Shown here: positions 50,201-64,000 of the stretch, one piece after another
Layout of the letters: each line of letters opens with the position of its first letter
How positions within the stretch are numbered: the first letter of the stretch is position 1
Position numbers and translations under genes: made by a program
NCBI GenBank assembly: GCA_030390025.1
Contig: JASTWF010000361.1
Span: 124,001-188,000 of the forward strand
Origin: Squalus acanthias
Lineage: Eukaryota
Length of the DNA: 64,000 nucleotides
Direction of reading: 5' to 3'
Notes under the pieces: generated by a model
The model's input: the letters and a program-made list of their open reading frames with translations, nothing else
Told to the model about the DNA's origin: nothing
The model's database searches: none

Positions 50201-53200
50201 ACTGTACCCCAGTGTTATACAGTGACAGACCTGTACCCACCAGTACTGTACCCCAGTGTTATACAGTGACAGACCTGTACCCACCAGTACTGTACCCCAG
50301 TGTTATTCAGTGACAGAAATGTACCAACCAGTACTGTGCCCCAGTGTTAGACAGAGACAGACCCGTACCAACCAGTAATGTACCACAGTGTTGTACAGTG
50401 ACAGACGTGTAGCCACCAGTACTGTACCCCAGTGTTATACAGTGACAGAACTGTACCCACCAGTACTGTACCCCAGTGTTTTACAATGACAGAACTGTAC
50501 CCACCAGTACTGTACCCCAGTGTTATACAGTGCCAGACCTGTACCCAGCAGTACTGTAACCCAGTGTTATACACTGACAGACCTGTACCCAGCAGTACTG
50601 TAACCCAGTGTTATACACTGACAGACCTGTACCAATCAGTACTGTACCCCAGTGTTATACAGTGACAGACCTGTACCCACCAGTACTGTACCCCAGTGTT
50701 ACACAGTGACAGACCTCTACCCACCAGTACTGTACGCCAGTGCTAAATAGTGACACACCTGTACCCACCAGTCCTGCACCCCAGTGTTTGTGACAGACCT
50801 GTACCCACCAGTACTGTACCACAGTGTTATACAGTGACAGACATTTACCCACCAGTACAGTACCCCAGTGTAATACAGTGACAGAACTGTACCCGCCAGT
50901 ACTATACCCAAGTGTTATACAATGACAGACCTGTGCCCACCAGTACTGTACCCCAGTGTTATATAGTGACAGACCTGTACCCACCAGTACTGTACACCAT
51001 TGTTATATAGTGACAGACCTGTACCCACCAGTACTGTAACCCAGTGTGATATAGTCACAGAACTGTACCCGCCATAACTATACCCAAGTGTTATACAATG
51101 ACAGACCTGTACCCACCAGTACTGTACCCCAGTGTTATACAGTGACAGACCTGTACCCACCAGTATTGTGCCCCAGTGTTACACTGTGACAGATCTGTAC
51201 CCACCAGTACTGTACCCCAGTGTTATACAGTGACAGACATTTACCCACCAGTACAGTACCCCAGTGTAATACAGTGACAGAACTGTACCCGCCAGTACTA
51301 TACCCAAGTGTTATACAATGACAGACCTGTGCCCACCAGTACTGTACCCCAGTGTTATATAGTGACAGACCTGTACCCACCAGTACTGTACACCATTGTT
51401 ATATAGTGACAGACCTGTACCCACCAGTACTGTAACCCAGTGTGATATAGTCACAGAACTGTACCCGCCATAACTATACCCAAGTGTTATACAATGACAG
51501 ACCTGTACCCACCAGTACTGTACCCCAGTGTTATACAGTGACAGACCTGTACCCACCAGTATTGTGCCCCAGTGTTATACTGTGACAGATCTGTACCCAC
51601 CAGTACTGTACCCCAGTGTTATACAGTGACAGACATGTACCCACCAGTACTATACCCCAGTGTTATACAGTGACAGACCTCTACCCACCATAACTGTACC
51701 CCAGTGTTATACAGTGACAGAACTGTACCCACCAGTACTATACCCCCGTTTTATACAGTGACAGACCTGTTCCTACCAGTACTGTACCCCAGTATTATAC
51801 AGTGACAGACCTGTACACAACAGTATTGTACCCCAGTGTTATACAGTGACAGACCTGTACCCACCAGTACTGTAACCCAGTGTTATGCAGTGACAGACCT
51901 GTACCCACCAGTACTGTGCCCCAGTGTTATACAGTGACAGATCTGTACCCACCAGTACTGTACCCCATTGTTATACAGTGACAGACCTGTACCCACCAGT
52001 AATGTAACTCAGTGTTCTACAGAGACACAGCTGTACCCACCAGTACTGTACCCCAGTGTTATACAGTGACAGACCTGTACCCACCAGTAATGTACCCCAG
52101 TGTTATACAGTGACAGACCTGTACCATCCATTACTGTGCCCCAGTGTTACACATTGACAGACCTGTACCCACCAGTAATGTGCCCCAGTGTTATACAGTG
52201 ACAGACCTGTACAAACTAGTACGGTACCCCCAGTATTATAGAGTGACAGACCTGTACACATCAGTACTGCAGCCCATTGTTATACAGTGACAGAACTGTA
52301 CCCACCAGTACTATACCCCAGTGTTATATAGTGACAGACCTGCACCAACCAGTATTGTGCCCCAGTGTTATACAGAGACAGACCCGTACCCACCAGTACT
52401 GTGCCCCGGTGTTATACAGTGACAGACCTTTACCTACCAGTACTGTAACCGTTTTTTACTGTGACAGACCGGTACCCACCAGTACTGCACCACAGTGTTA
52501 AAGTGACAGAACTGTACCCATCAGTACTGTACCCCAGTGTTACAGAGTGACAGACCTGTACCCACCAGTACTGTACTACAGTGTTATACAGAGACAGACC
52601 TGTACCCACCATTACTGTAACCCAGTGTTATGCAGTGACAGACCTGTACCCACCAGTACTGAGCCCCAGTGTTATACAGTGACAGATCTGTACCCACCAG
52701 TACTGTACCCCAGTATTATATAGTGACAGACTTGTACCCACCTGTACTGTACCCCAGTGTTCTACAGTGACACACCTGTACCCACCAGTACTGTACCCCA
52801 GTGTTATACAGTGACAGACCTGTACCCACCAGTACTGTGCCCCAGGGTTGTACAGTGTCAGACCTGTACCCACCAGTACTGTACCCCAGTGTTATAGTGA
52901 CAGAGCTGTACCCATCAGTTCTGTACCCCAGTGTTTTACAGTGACATTCCTGTACCCACCAGTACTGTACCCCAGTGTTATGCAGTGACAGACCTGTACC
53001 CACCAATATTGTGCCCCAGTGTTATACAGTGACAGAGCTGTACCCACCAGTACAGTACCCCAGTGTTATACAGTGACAGACCTGTACCCACCAGTACTGT
53101 ACCCAAGTGTTATACAGTGACAGACCTGGACCCACCAGTACTGTACCCGTGTAAAACAGTGACAAACCTTTACCCACCATTACTGTGCCCCAGTTTTATA

Positions 53201-56200
53201 CAGTGACAGACCAGTACCCACCAGTGCTGTACCCCAGTGTTTTAGAGTGACAGACCTGTACCCACCAGTGCTGTACCCCAGTGTTTTAGAGTGACAGACC
53301 TGTACCCACCAGTACTGTACCCTAGTGTTATATAGTGACAGTCCTGTTCCCATCAGTACTGTAACCCATTGTTTTACAGTGACAGACCTGTACACACCAG
53401 TACTGTACCCCAGTGTTATACATTGACAGACCTGTACCTACCAGTAATATACCAGAGTGTTATACAGTTACAGACCTGTACCCACCAGTACTGTACCCCA
53501 GTGTTATACAGTGACAGACCTATACCCACAGTACTGTACCCCAGTGTTATACAGTGAAAGACCTGTACCCACCAGTAATGTGCCCCAGTGTTATACAGTG
53601 ACAGAGCTGTACCCACCAGTACTGCTCCCCAGTGTTATACAGTGACAGACTTGTACCCACCAGTACTGCACCCCAGTGTTATACTGTGACAGACCTGTAC
53701 CCATCAGTACTTTGCCACAGTGTTATACAGTGACAGACCTGTACCCACCAGTACTGTACCGCAGTGTTCTTCAGTGACAGACTTGTACCCACCAGTACTG
53801 CAACCAGTGTTATACAGTGACATACCTGTACCTATCAGTAATATACCACAGTGTTATACAGTTACAGACCTGTACCCACCAGTACTGCACCCCAGTGTTA
53901 TACATTGACATACCTGTACCCACCAGTACTGTGCCCCAATGATATACAGTGACAGACCTGTACCCACCAGTACTGTAACCCAGTTGTTATACTGAGACAT
54001 ACATGTACCCACCAGCACTGTGCCCCAGTGTTATACAGTGACAGACCTGTACCCACCAGCACTGTACCCCAGTGTTATAAAGTGACAGACCTGTACCCAC
54101 CATTTCTGTACCCCAGTGTTATACAGTGATAGACCTGTACCCACCAGTACTGTACCCCAGATTTATACAGTGACAGACCTGGACCCACCAGTACTTTACC
54201 CGAGTGTTACAGTGACAGACCTGTACCCACCAGTACTGTACACCAGTGTTATACAGTGACAGACCTGTAGCCACCAGTACTGTGCCCCAGTGTTATACAG
54301 TGACAGACCTGTATCCACCAGTACTGTACCCCAGTGTTATAGTGACAGAGCTGTACCAATCAGTTCTGTACCCCAGTGTTTTACAGTGACAGTCCTGTAC
54401 CCACCAGTACTGTACCCCAGTGTTATGCAGTGACAGACCTGTACTCACCAATACTGTGCCCCAGTGTTATACAGTGACAGAGCTGTACCCACCAGTACGG
54501 TAACCGAGTCTTATACAGTGACAGACCTGTACCCACCAGTACTGTACCCAACTGTTATACAGTGACAGACCTGTACCCACCATCACTGTACCCGTGTTAT
54601 ACAGTGACAGACCTGTACCCACCAGTACTGAGCCCGGGTTATACAGTGACAGACCTGTACCCACCAGTACTGTACCCCAGAGTTATACAGTGACAGACCT
54701 GTACCCACCAGTACTGTACCCCAGTGTTATAGTGACAAACCTGTACCCATCAGTACTGAACCCCAGTGTTATACAGTGACAGACATGTCCCCATCAGTAC
54801 TGTATCCCAGTGTTATACAGTGACAGACTGGTACCCACCAGTATTGTACCCCTGTTTTATACAGTGACAGACCTGTACCCACCAGTACAGTACCCCAGTG
54901 TTATACAGTGTCAAACCTGTACCCATCAGTACTGTACCCCAGTGTTATACAGTGACAGACCTGTACCCACCAGTACCGTGCCCCAGTGTTATACAGTGAC
55001 AGACCTGGACCCACCAGTACTGTACCCGTGTAAAACAGTGACAAACCTGTATCCACCATTACTGTGCCCCAGTTTTATACAGTGACAGACCTGTACCCAC
55101 CAGTGCTGTACCCCAGTGTTTTAGAGTGACAGACCTGTACCCACCAGTGCTGTACCCCAGTGTTTTAGAGTGACAGACCTGTACCCACCAGTACTGTACC
55201 CTAGTGTTATATAGTGACAGTCCTGTACCCATCAGTACTGTACCCCATTGTTTTACAGTGACAGACCTGTACACACCAGTACTGTACCCCAGTGTTATAC
55301 TTTGACAGACCTGTACCTACCAGTAATATACCAGAGTGTTATACAGTTACAGACCTGTACCCACCAGTACTGTACCCCAGTGTTATACAGTGACAGACCT
55401 GTACCCACCAGTACTGTACCCCAGTGTTATACAGTGACAGACCTGTACCCACCAGTAATGTGCCTCAGTGTTATACATTGACAGACCTGTACCCACCAGT
55501 ATTGTACCCCAGTGTTTTACATTGACAGACCTGTACCCACCAGTACTGTACCCCAGTGTTATACTGTGACAGACCTGTACCCACCAGTAATGTGCCTCAG
55601 TGTTATACATTGACAGACCTGTACCCACCAGTACTGCTCCCCAGTGTTATACAGTGACAGACTTGTACCCACCAGTACTGCACCCCAGTGTTATACTGTG
55701 ACAGACCTGTACCCATCAGTACTTTGCCACAGTGTTATACAGTGACAGACCTGTACCCACCAGTACTGTACCGCAGTGTTCTTCAGTGACAGACTTGTAC
55801 CCACCAGTACTGCACCCCAGTGTTATACAGTGACATACCTGTACCTATCAGTAATATACCACAGTGTTATACAGTTACAGACCTGTACCCACCAGTACTG
55901 CACCCCAGTGTTATACATTGACATACCTGTACCCACCAGTACTGTGCCCCAATGATATACAGTGACAGACCTGTACCCACCAGTACTGTACCCCAGTTGT
56001 TATACTGAGACATACATGTACCCACCAGCACTGTGCCCCAGTGTTATACAGTGACAGACCTGTACCCACCAGCACTGTACCCCAGTGTTATAAAGTGACA
56101 GACCTGTACCCACCATTTCTGTACCCCAGTGTTATACAGTGATAGACCTGTACCCACCAGTACTGTACCCCAGATTTATACAGTGACAGACCTGTACCCA

Positions 56201-59200
56201 CCAGTACTTTACCCGAGTGTTACAGTGACAGACCTGTACCCACCAGTACTGTACACCAGTGTTATACAGTGACAGACCTGTAGCCACCAGTACTGTGCCC
56301 CAGTGTTATACAGTGACAGACCTGTATCCACCAGTACTGTACCCCAGTGTTATAGTGACAGAGCTGTACCAATCAGTTCTGTACCCCAGTGTTTTACAGT
56401 GACAGTCCTGTACCCACCAGTACTGTACCCCAGTGTTATGCAGTGACAGATCTGTACTCACCAATACTGTGCCCCAGTGTTATACAGTGACAGAGCTGTA
56501 CCCACCAGTACGGTAACCGAGTCTTATACAGTGACAGACCTGTACCCACCAGTACTGTACCCAACTGTTATACAGTGACAGACCTGTACCCACCATCACT
56601 GTACCCGTGTTATACAGTGACAGACCTGTACCCACCAGTACTGAGCCCGGGTTATACAGTGACAGACCTGTACCCACCAGTACTGTACCCCAGAGTTATA
56701 CAGTGACAGACCTGTACCCACCAGTACTGTACCCCAGTGTTATAGTGACAAACCTGTACCCATCAGTACTGAACCCCAGTGTTATACAGTGACAGACATG
56801 TCCCCATCAGTACTGTATCCCAGTGTTATACAGTGACAGACTGGTACCCACCAGTATTGTACCCCTGTTTTATACAGTGACAGACCTGTACCCACCAGTA
56901 CAGTACCCCAGTGTTATACAGTGTCAAACCTGTACCCATCAGTACTGTACCCCAGTGTTATACAGTGACAGACCTGTACCCACCAGTACCGTGCCCCAGT
57001 GTTATACAGTGACAGACCTGGACCCACCAGTACTGTACCCGTGTAAAACAGTGACAAACCTGTATCCACCATTACTGTGCCCCAGTTTTATACAGTGACA
57101 GACCTGTACCCACCAGTGCTGTACCCCAGTGTTTTAGAGTGACAGACCTGTACCCACCAGTGCTGTACCCCAGTGTTTTAGAGTGACAGACCTGTACCCA
57201 CCAGTACTGTACCCTAGTGTTATATAGTGACAGTCCTGTACCCATCAGTACTGTACCCCATTGTTTTACAGTGACAGACCTGTACACACCAGTACTGTAC
57301 CCCAGTGTTATACTTTGACAGACCTGTACCTACCAGTAATATACCAGAGTGTTATACAGTTACAGACCTGTACCCACCAGTACTGTACCCCAGTGTTATA
57401 CAGTGACAGACCTGTACCCACCAGTACTGTACCCCAGTGTTATACAGTGACAGACCTGTACCCACCAGTAATGTGCCTCAGTGTTATACATTGACAGACC
57501 TGTACCCACCAGTATTGTACCCCAGTGTTTTACATTGACAGACCTGTACCCACCAGTACTGTACCCCAGTGTTATACTGTGACAGACCTGTACCCACCAG
57601 TAATGTGCCTCAGTGTTATACATTGACAGACCTGTACCCACCAGTATTGTACCCCAGTGTTTTACATTGACAGACCTGTACCCACCAGTACTGTACCCCA
57701 GTGTTATACTGTGACAGACCTATACCCACAGTACTGTACCCCAGTGTTATACAGTGACAGACCTGTACCCACCAGTACTGTACCTCAGTGTTATACTGTG
57801 ACAGACCTGTACCCACCACTACTGTGCCCCAGTGTTATACAGTGACAGACCTGTATCCACCAGTACTGTACCCCAGTGTTATACAGTGACAGACTTGTAC
57901 CCACCAGTACTGCACCCCAGTGTTATACAGTGACATACCTGTACCCACCAGTACTGTGCCCCAATGTTATACAGTGACAGACCTGTACCCACCAGTACTG
58001 TACCCCAGTTGTTATACCGAGACATACATGTACCAACCAGCACTGTGCCCCAGTGTTATACAGTGACAGACCTGTACCCACCAGCACTGTACCCCAGTGT
58101 TATACAGTGACAGACCTGTACCCACCATTTCTGTACCCCAGTGTTATACAGTGACAGACCTGTACCCACCAGTACCGTGCCCCAGTGTTATGCAGTGACA
58201 GACCTGGACCCACCAGTACTGTAACCCGTGTAAAACAGTGACAAACCTGTACCCACCATAACTGTGCCCCAGTTTTATACAGTGACAGACCTGTACCCAC
58301 CAGTGCTGTACCCCAGTGTTTTAGAGTGACAGACCTGTACCCACCAGTACTGTACCCCACTGTTATACATTGACAGACATGTACCCATCAGTAATAAACA
58401 ATAGTGTTATACAGTGACAGACCTGTACCCACCAGTACTGTACCCTAGTGTAATATAGTGACAGACCTGTACCTACCAGTAATATACCACAGTGTTATAC
58501 AGTTACAGACCTTTACCCACCAGTACTGCACTCTCGTGTTATATAGTGACAGACCTGAAACCCATCAGTGCTGTACCCCAGTGTTTTACAGTGACGGACC
58601 AGTACCCACCAGCACTGTACCCCAGATGTATACAGTGCCAGACCTGTACCCACCAGTACTGTGCCCCAGTGTTATACATTGACAGACCTGTACCCACCAG
58701 TACTGTGCCCCAGTGTTATACAGTGACAGACCTGTACCCACCAGTACTGTACCCCAGTGTTATAGTGACAAACCTGTACCCATCAGTACTGAACCCCAGT
58801 TTTATACAGTGACAGACATGTCCCCATCAGTACTGTATCCCAGTGTTATACAGTGACAGACCTGTACCCACCAGTATTGTACCCCTGTTTTATACAGTGA
58901 CAGACCTGTACCCACCAGTGCTGTACCCCAGTGTTATACAGAGACAGACCTGTACCCACCATTACTGTGCCCCAGTTTTATACAGTGACAGACCTGTACC
59001 CACCAGTGCTGTACCCCAGTGTTTTAGAGTGACAGACCTGTACCCACCAGTGCTGTACCCCAGTGTTTTCGAGTGACAGACCTGTACCCACCAGTACTGT
59101 ACCCTAGTGTTATATAGTGACAGTCCTGTACCCATCAGTACTGTACCCCAGTGTTATACATTGACAGACCTGTACCTACCAGTAACATACCAGAGTTTAA

Positions 59201-62200
59201 TACAGTTACAGACCTGTACCCACCAGTACTGTACCCCAGTGTTATACAGTGACAGACCTATACCCACAGTACTGTACCCCAGTGTTATACAGTGAAAGAC
59301 CTGTACCCACCAGTAATGTGCCCCAGTGTCATACAGTGACAGAGCTGTACCCACCAGTACTGCACCCCAGTGTTATATAGTGACAGACCTGAAAGCCATC
59401 AGTGCTGTTCCCCAGTGTTTTACAGTGACAGACCAGTACCCACCAGTACTGTGCCGCAGCGTTATACAGTGACAGACCTGTACCCACCAGTACTGTATCC
59501 TAGTGTTATTCAGTGACAGACTTGTACCCACCAGTACTGCACCCCAGTGTTATACAGTGACATACCTGTACCCACCAGTACTGTGCCCCAATGTTATACA
59601 GTGACAGACCTGTACCCAGCAGTACTGTACCCCAGTTGTTATACCGAGACATACATGTACCCACCAGCACTGTGCCCCAGTGTTATACAGTGACAGACCT
59701 GTACCCACCAGTACTGTACCCCATTGTTATACAGTGACAGACCTGTACCCACCATTTCTGTACTCCAGTGTTATACAGTGACAGTCCTGTGCCCACCAGT
59801 ACTGTACCCCAGATTTATACAGTGACAGACCTGTACCCACCAGTACTGTGCCCCGTGTTATACAAGTGACAGACCTGTACCCACCAGTACTTTTCCCGAG
59901 TGTTACAGTGACAGACCTGTACAGAGCAGTACTGTACACCAGTGTTATACAGTGACAGACCTGTACCCAACAGTACTGTGCCCCAGTGTTATACAGTGAC
60001 AGACCTGTACCCACCAGTACTGTACCCCAGTGTTATAGTGACAGAGCTGTACCCATCAGTTCTGTACCCCAGTGTTTTACAGTGACATTCCTGTACCCAC
60101 CAGTACTGTACCCCAGTGTTATGCAGTGACAGACCTGTACCCACCAATTTTGTGCCCCAGTGTTATACAGTGACAGAGCTGTACCCACCAGTACAGTAAC
60201 CCAGTCTTATACAGTGACAGACCTGTACCCACCAGTACTGTACCCAAGTGTTATAAAGTGACAGACCTGTACCCACCATTACTGTACCCGTGTTATACAG
60301 TGACAGACCTGTACCCACCAGTACTGTGCCCGGGTTATACAGTGTCAGACCTGTACCCACCAGTACTGTACCCCAGAGTTATACAGTGACAGACCTGTAC
60401 CCACCAGTACTGTACCCCAGTGTTATAGTGACAAACCTGTACCCATCAGTACTGAACCCCAGTTTTATACAGTGACAGACATGTCCCCATCAGTACTGTA
60501 TCCCAGTGTTATACAGTGACAGACCTGTACCCACCAGTATTGTACCCCTGTTTTATACAGTGACAGACCTGTACCCACCAGTACAGTACCCCAGTGTTAT
60601 ACAGTGTCAAACCTGTACCCATCAGTACTGTACCCCAGTGTTATACAGTGACAGACCTGTACCCACCAGTACCGTGCCCCAGTGTTATACAGTGACAGAC
60701 CTGGACCCACCAGTACTGTACCCGTGTAAAACAGTGACAAACCTTTACCCACCATTACTGTGCCCCAGTGTTATACAGTGACAGACCTGTACCCACCAGT
60801 ACTGTGCCCCAGTGTTATACAGTGACAGACCTGTACCCACCAGTACTGTACCCCAGCGTTATAGTGACAGAGCTGTACCAATCAGTTCTGTACCCCAGTG
60901 TTTTACAGTGACAGTCCTGTACCCACCAGTACTGTACCCCAGTGTTATGCAGTGACAGACCTGTACTCACCAATACTGTGCCCCAGTGTTATACAGTGAC
61001 AGAGCTGTACCCACCAGTACGGTAACCGAGTCTTATACAGTGACAGACCTGTACCCACCAGTACTGTACCCAACTGTTATACAGTGACAGACCTGTACCC
61101 ACCAGTACTGAGCCCGGGTTATACAGTGACAGACCTGTACCCACCAGTACTGTACCCCAGAGTTATACAGTGACAGACCTGTACCCACCAGTACTGTACC
61201 CCAGTGTTATAGTGACAAACCTGTACCCATCAGTACTGAACCCCAGTGTTATACAGTGACAGACATGTCCCCATCAGTACTGTATCCCAGTGTTATACAG
61301 TGACAGACCTGTACCCACCAGTAAAGTGCCCCAGTGTTATACAGTGACAGACCTGTACCCACCAGTACTGCACCCCAGTGTTATACAGTGACAGACTTGT
61401 ACCCACCAGTACTGCACCCCAGTGTTATACTGTGACAGACCTGTACCCACCAGTACTGTGCCCCAGTGTTCTACAGTGACAGACTTGTACCCACCAGTAC
61501 TGCAACCCATTGTTATACAGTGACATACCTGTACCTACCAGTAATATACCACAGTTTTATACAGTTACAGACCTGTACCCACCAGTACTGCACCCCAGTG
61601 TTATACAGTGTCATACCTGTACCCGCCAGTACTGTGCCCCAATGTTATACAGTGACAGACCTGTACCCACCAGTACTGTACCCCAGTGTTATACAGTGAC
61701 AGACCTGTACCCACCATTTCTGTACCCCAGTGTTATACAGTGATAGACCTGTACCCACCAGTACTGTATCCCAGATTTATACAGTGACTGTCCTGTACCC
61801 ACCAGTACTGTACCCCAGTGTTATAGTGACAGAGCTGTACCCATCAGTTCTGTACCCCAGTGTTTTACAGTGACAGTCCTGTACCCACCAGTACTGTACC
61901 CCAGTGTTATGCAGTGACAGACCTGTACTCACCAATACTGTGCCCCAGTGTTATACAGTGACAGAGCTGTACCCACCAGTACAGTACCCCAGTCTTATAC
62001 AGTGACAGACCTTAACCACCAGTACTGTACCCAAGTGTTATACAGTGACAGACCTGTACCCACCATTACTGTACCCGTGTTATACAGTGACAGACCTGTA
62101 CCCACCAGTACTGTGTTCGTGTTATACTGTGACAGACCTGTACCCACCAGTACTGTACCCCAGAGTTATACAGTGACAGACCTGTACCCACCAGTACTGT

Positions 62201-62420
62201 ACCCCAGTGTTATACAGTGACAGACCTGTACCCACCAGCACTGTGCCCCAGTTGTGAACAGTGGCAGCCCTGTACCCAACAGTACTGTACCCCAGTGTTA
62301 TACAGTGACGGACCTGTACCCACCAGTACTGTGCCCCAGTGTTATACGTTGACAGACCTGTACCCACCAGTACTGTACCCCAGTGCTTTATAGTGACAGA
62401 CACTTATTCACCAGTATTTT
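38232..62420. repeat. 44-bp tandem satellite array, right arm
   Basis: Same monomer, resuming in phase after the TSD; variant content shifts distally. Confidence 0.98.
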
Positions 62421-62426
62421 ATCCTT

Positions 62427-62903
62427 GTGAGAGTCAGTGTCTGTGAAACTGTACCCCAGTGAGTGTCAGTGTCTGTGGAACACGTACCCCGGTGAGAGTC
62501 AGTGACTGTGGAACCCGTACCCCAGTGAGAGTCAGTGTCTGTGGAAACCGTACCCCAGTGAGAATCAGTGTCTGATGAACTGTACCCCAGTGAGAATCAG
62601 TGTCTGTGGAACCGTACCCCAGTGAGAGACAGTGTCTGTGGAACTGTACCCCAGTGAGAGACAGTGTCTGTGGAACTGTACCCCAGTGAGAGTCAGTGCC
62701 TGTGGAACTGTACCCCAGTGAGAGTCTGTGTCTGTGGAACTGTACCTTAGTGAGAGTCAGTGTCTGTGGAACTGTACCCCAGTGAGAGTCAGTGTCTGTG
62801 GAACCGTACCCCAGTGAGAGTCAGTGCCTGTGGAACTGTACCCCAGTGAGAGTCAGTGCCTGTGGAACTGTACCCCAGTGAGAGTCACTGCCTGTGGAAC
62901 CGT
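62427..62903. repeat. 32-bp tandem repeat GAACTGTACCCCAGTGAGAGTCAGTGTCTGTG (~15 copies)
   Basis: Period 32 read directly (e.g. 62641 to 62673). Confidence 0.93.
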
Positions 62904-62945
62904 AGTTCACTAAAAGACATTGTCCATTCATCCACAGGCAGGGCC

Positions 62946-63808
62946 AGTAATCCAGAGGACTGGACTAGTAATCCAGAGGACTGGACTAGTAATCCAGAGG
63001 CTGGACTAGTAATCCAGAGGCTGGACTAGTAATCCAGAGGAATGGACTAGTAATCCAGAGGCTGGACTAGTAATCCAGAGGCTGGACTAGTAATCCAAAG
63101 GCAAGACTAGTAATCCGGAGGCCTGGACTAGTAATCCAGAGTCCTGGGCTATTATTCCAGAGGCTGGGCTAGTATACCAGAGGCTGGACTAGTAATCCAG
63201 AGGACTGGACTAGTAATCCAGAGTCTGAGCTAGTAATCCAAAGGCAAGACTAGTAATCCGGAGACCTGGACAAGTAATCCAGAGGCTGGACTAGTAATCC
63301 AGAGGACTGGACTAGTAATCCAGAGGACTGGACTAGTAATCCAGAGGCTGGACTAGTAATCCAAAGGCAAGACTAGTAATCCGGAGGCCTGGACTAGTAA
63401 TCCAGAGTCCTGGGCTATTAATCCAGAGGCTGGGCTAGTAATCCAGAGGACTGGACTAGTAATCCAGAGGACTGGACTAGTAATCCAGAGTCAAGACTAG
63501 TAATCCAGAGGCTGGGATAGTAATCCAGAGGCTGGGCTAGTAATCCAGAGGCCTGGGCTAGTAATCCAGAGGCCTGGACTAGTAATCCGGAGGCTGGGAT
63601 AGTAATCCAGAGGCTGGGCTAGTAATCCAGTGTCTGGGCTAGTAATCCAGAGGCTGGGCTAGTAATCCAGAGGCTGGGCTAGTAATCCAGAGGCCTGGGC
63701 TAGTAATCCAGAGGCCTGGGCTAGTAATCCAGAGGCTGGGCTAGTAATCCAGACGCTGGGCTAGTAATCCAGAGGCTGGGCTAGTAATCCAGAGGCTGGG
63801 CTAGTAAT
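62946..63808. repeat. 20/21-bp tandem repeat CTAGTAATCCAGAGG(A/C)CTGG(A/G) (~42 copies)
   Basis: Period 20 read directly (e.g. 63001 to 63021). Confidence 0.95.
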
Positions 63809-64000
63809 CAGTATCAGTACTGTGCCCCAGTGTTATACAGTGACAGACCGGTACCCACCAGTACTGTACCCCAGTGCTTTATAGTGACAGACACTTATTC
63901 ACCAGTATTGTATCCCAGTGAGCGTCAGTGTCTCTGAAACTGTACCCCAGTGAATGTCAGTGTCTGTGGTACGGTACCCCAGTGAGAGTCAGTGTCTGTG
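63809..64000. repeat. Short 44-bp satellite block followed by renewed 32-bp repeat
   Basis: Repeats the 44-mer/32-mer junction seen at ~62325-62500. Confidence 0.85.

Overview
Eukaryotic, probably vertebrate, repeat-dominated DNA with no recognisable host gene. A 44-bp satellite array (1-15413 and 38232-~62420) is interrupted by one 22.8-kb composite endogenous retrovirus on the minus strand (15414-38231), flanked by a 4-bp GTAC target-site duplication. Read on the minus strand, the insertion is LTR4(type A)-PBS-gag-pol (PR, RT, tether, RNase H; cut off before integrase) | LTR3(type B)-PBS-gag-ORF-X-env-PPT-LTR2(type B)-PBS-gag-ORF-X-env-PPT-LTR1(type A). The retrovirus-type two-RNase-H pol, combined with an env that looks like a Mononegavirales-type class I fusion protein rather than a gamma/beta SU-TM, points to a lokiretrovirus-like element (an inference; no search was run). 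Four features stand out. (1) Pol follows gag in frame across a UGA-CUA-G readthrough stop. (2) In the two pol-less units the same stop leads in frame into an unrelated ~400-aa coiled-coil/Pro-rich ORF. (3) Env carries an N-terminal Ig-like domain and is intact in one copy (783 aa). (4) The tRNA-Arg PBS overlaps the gag ATG. The window ends in 32-bp and 20-bp satellites. The short ORFs in the satellites are artefacts.
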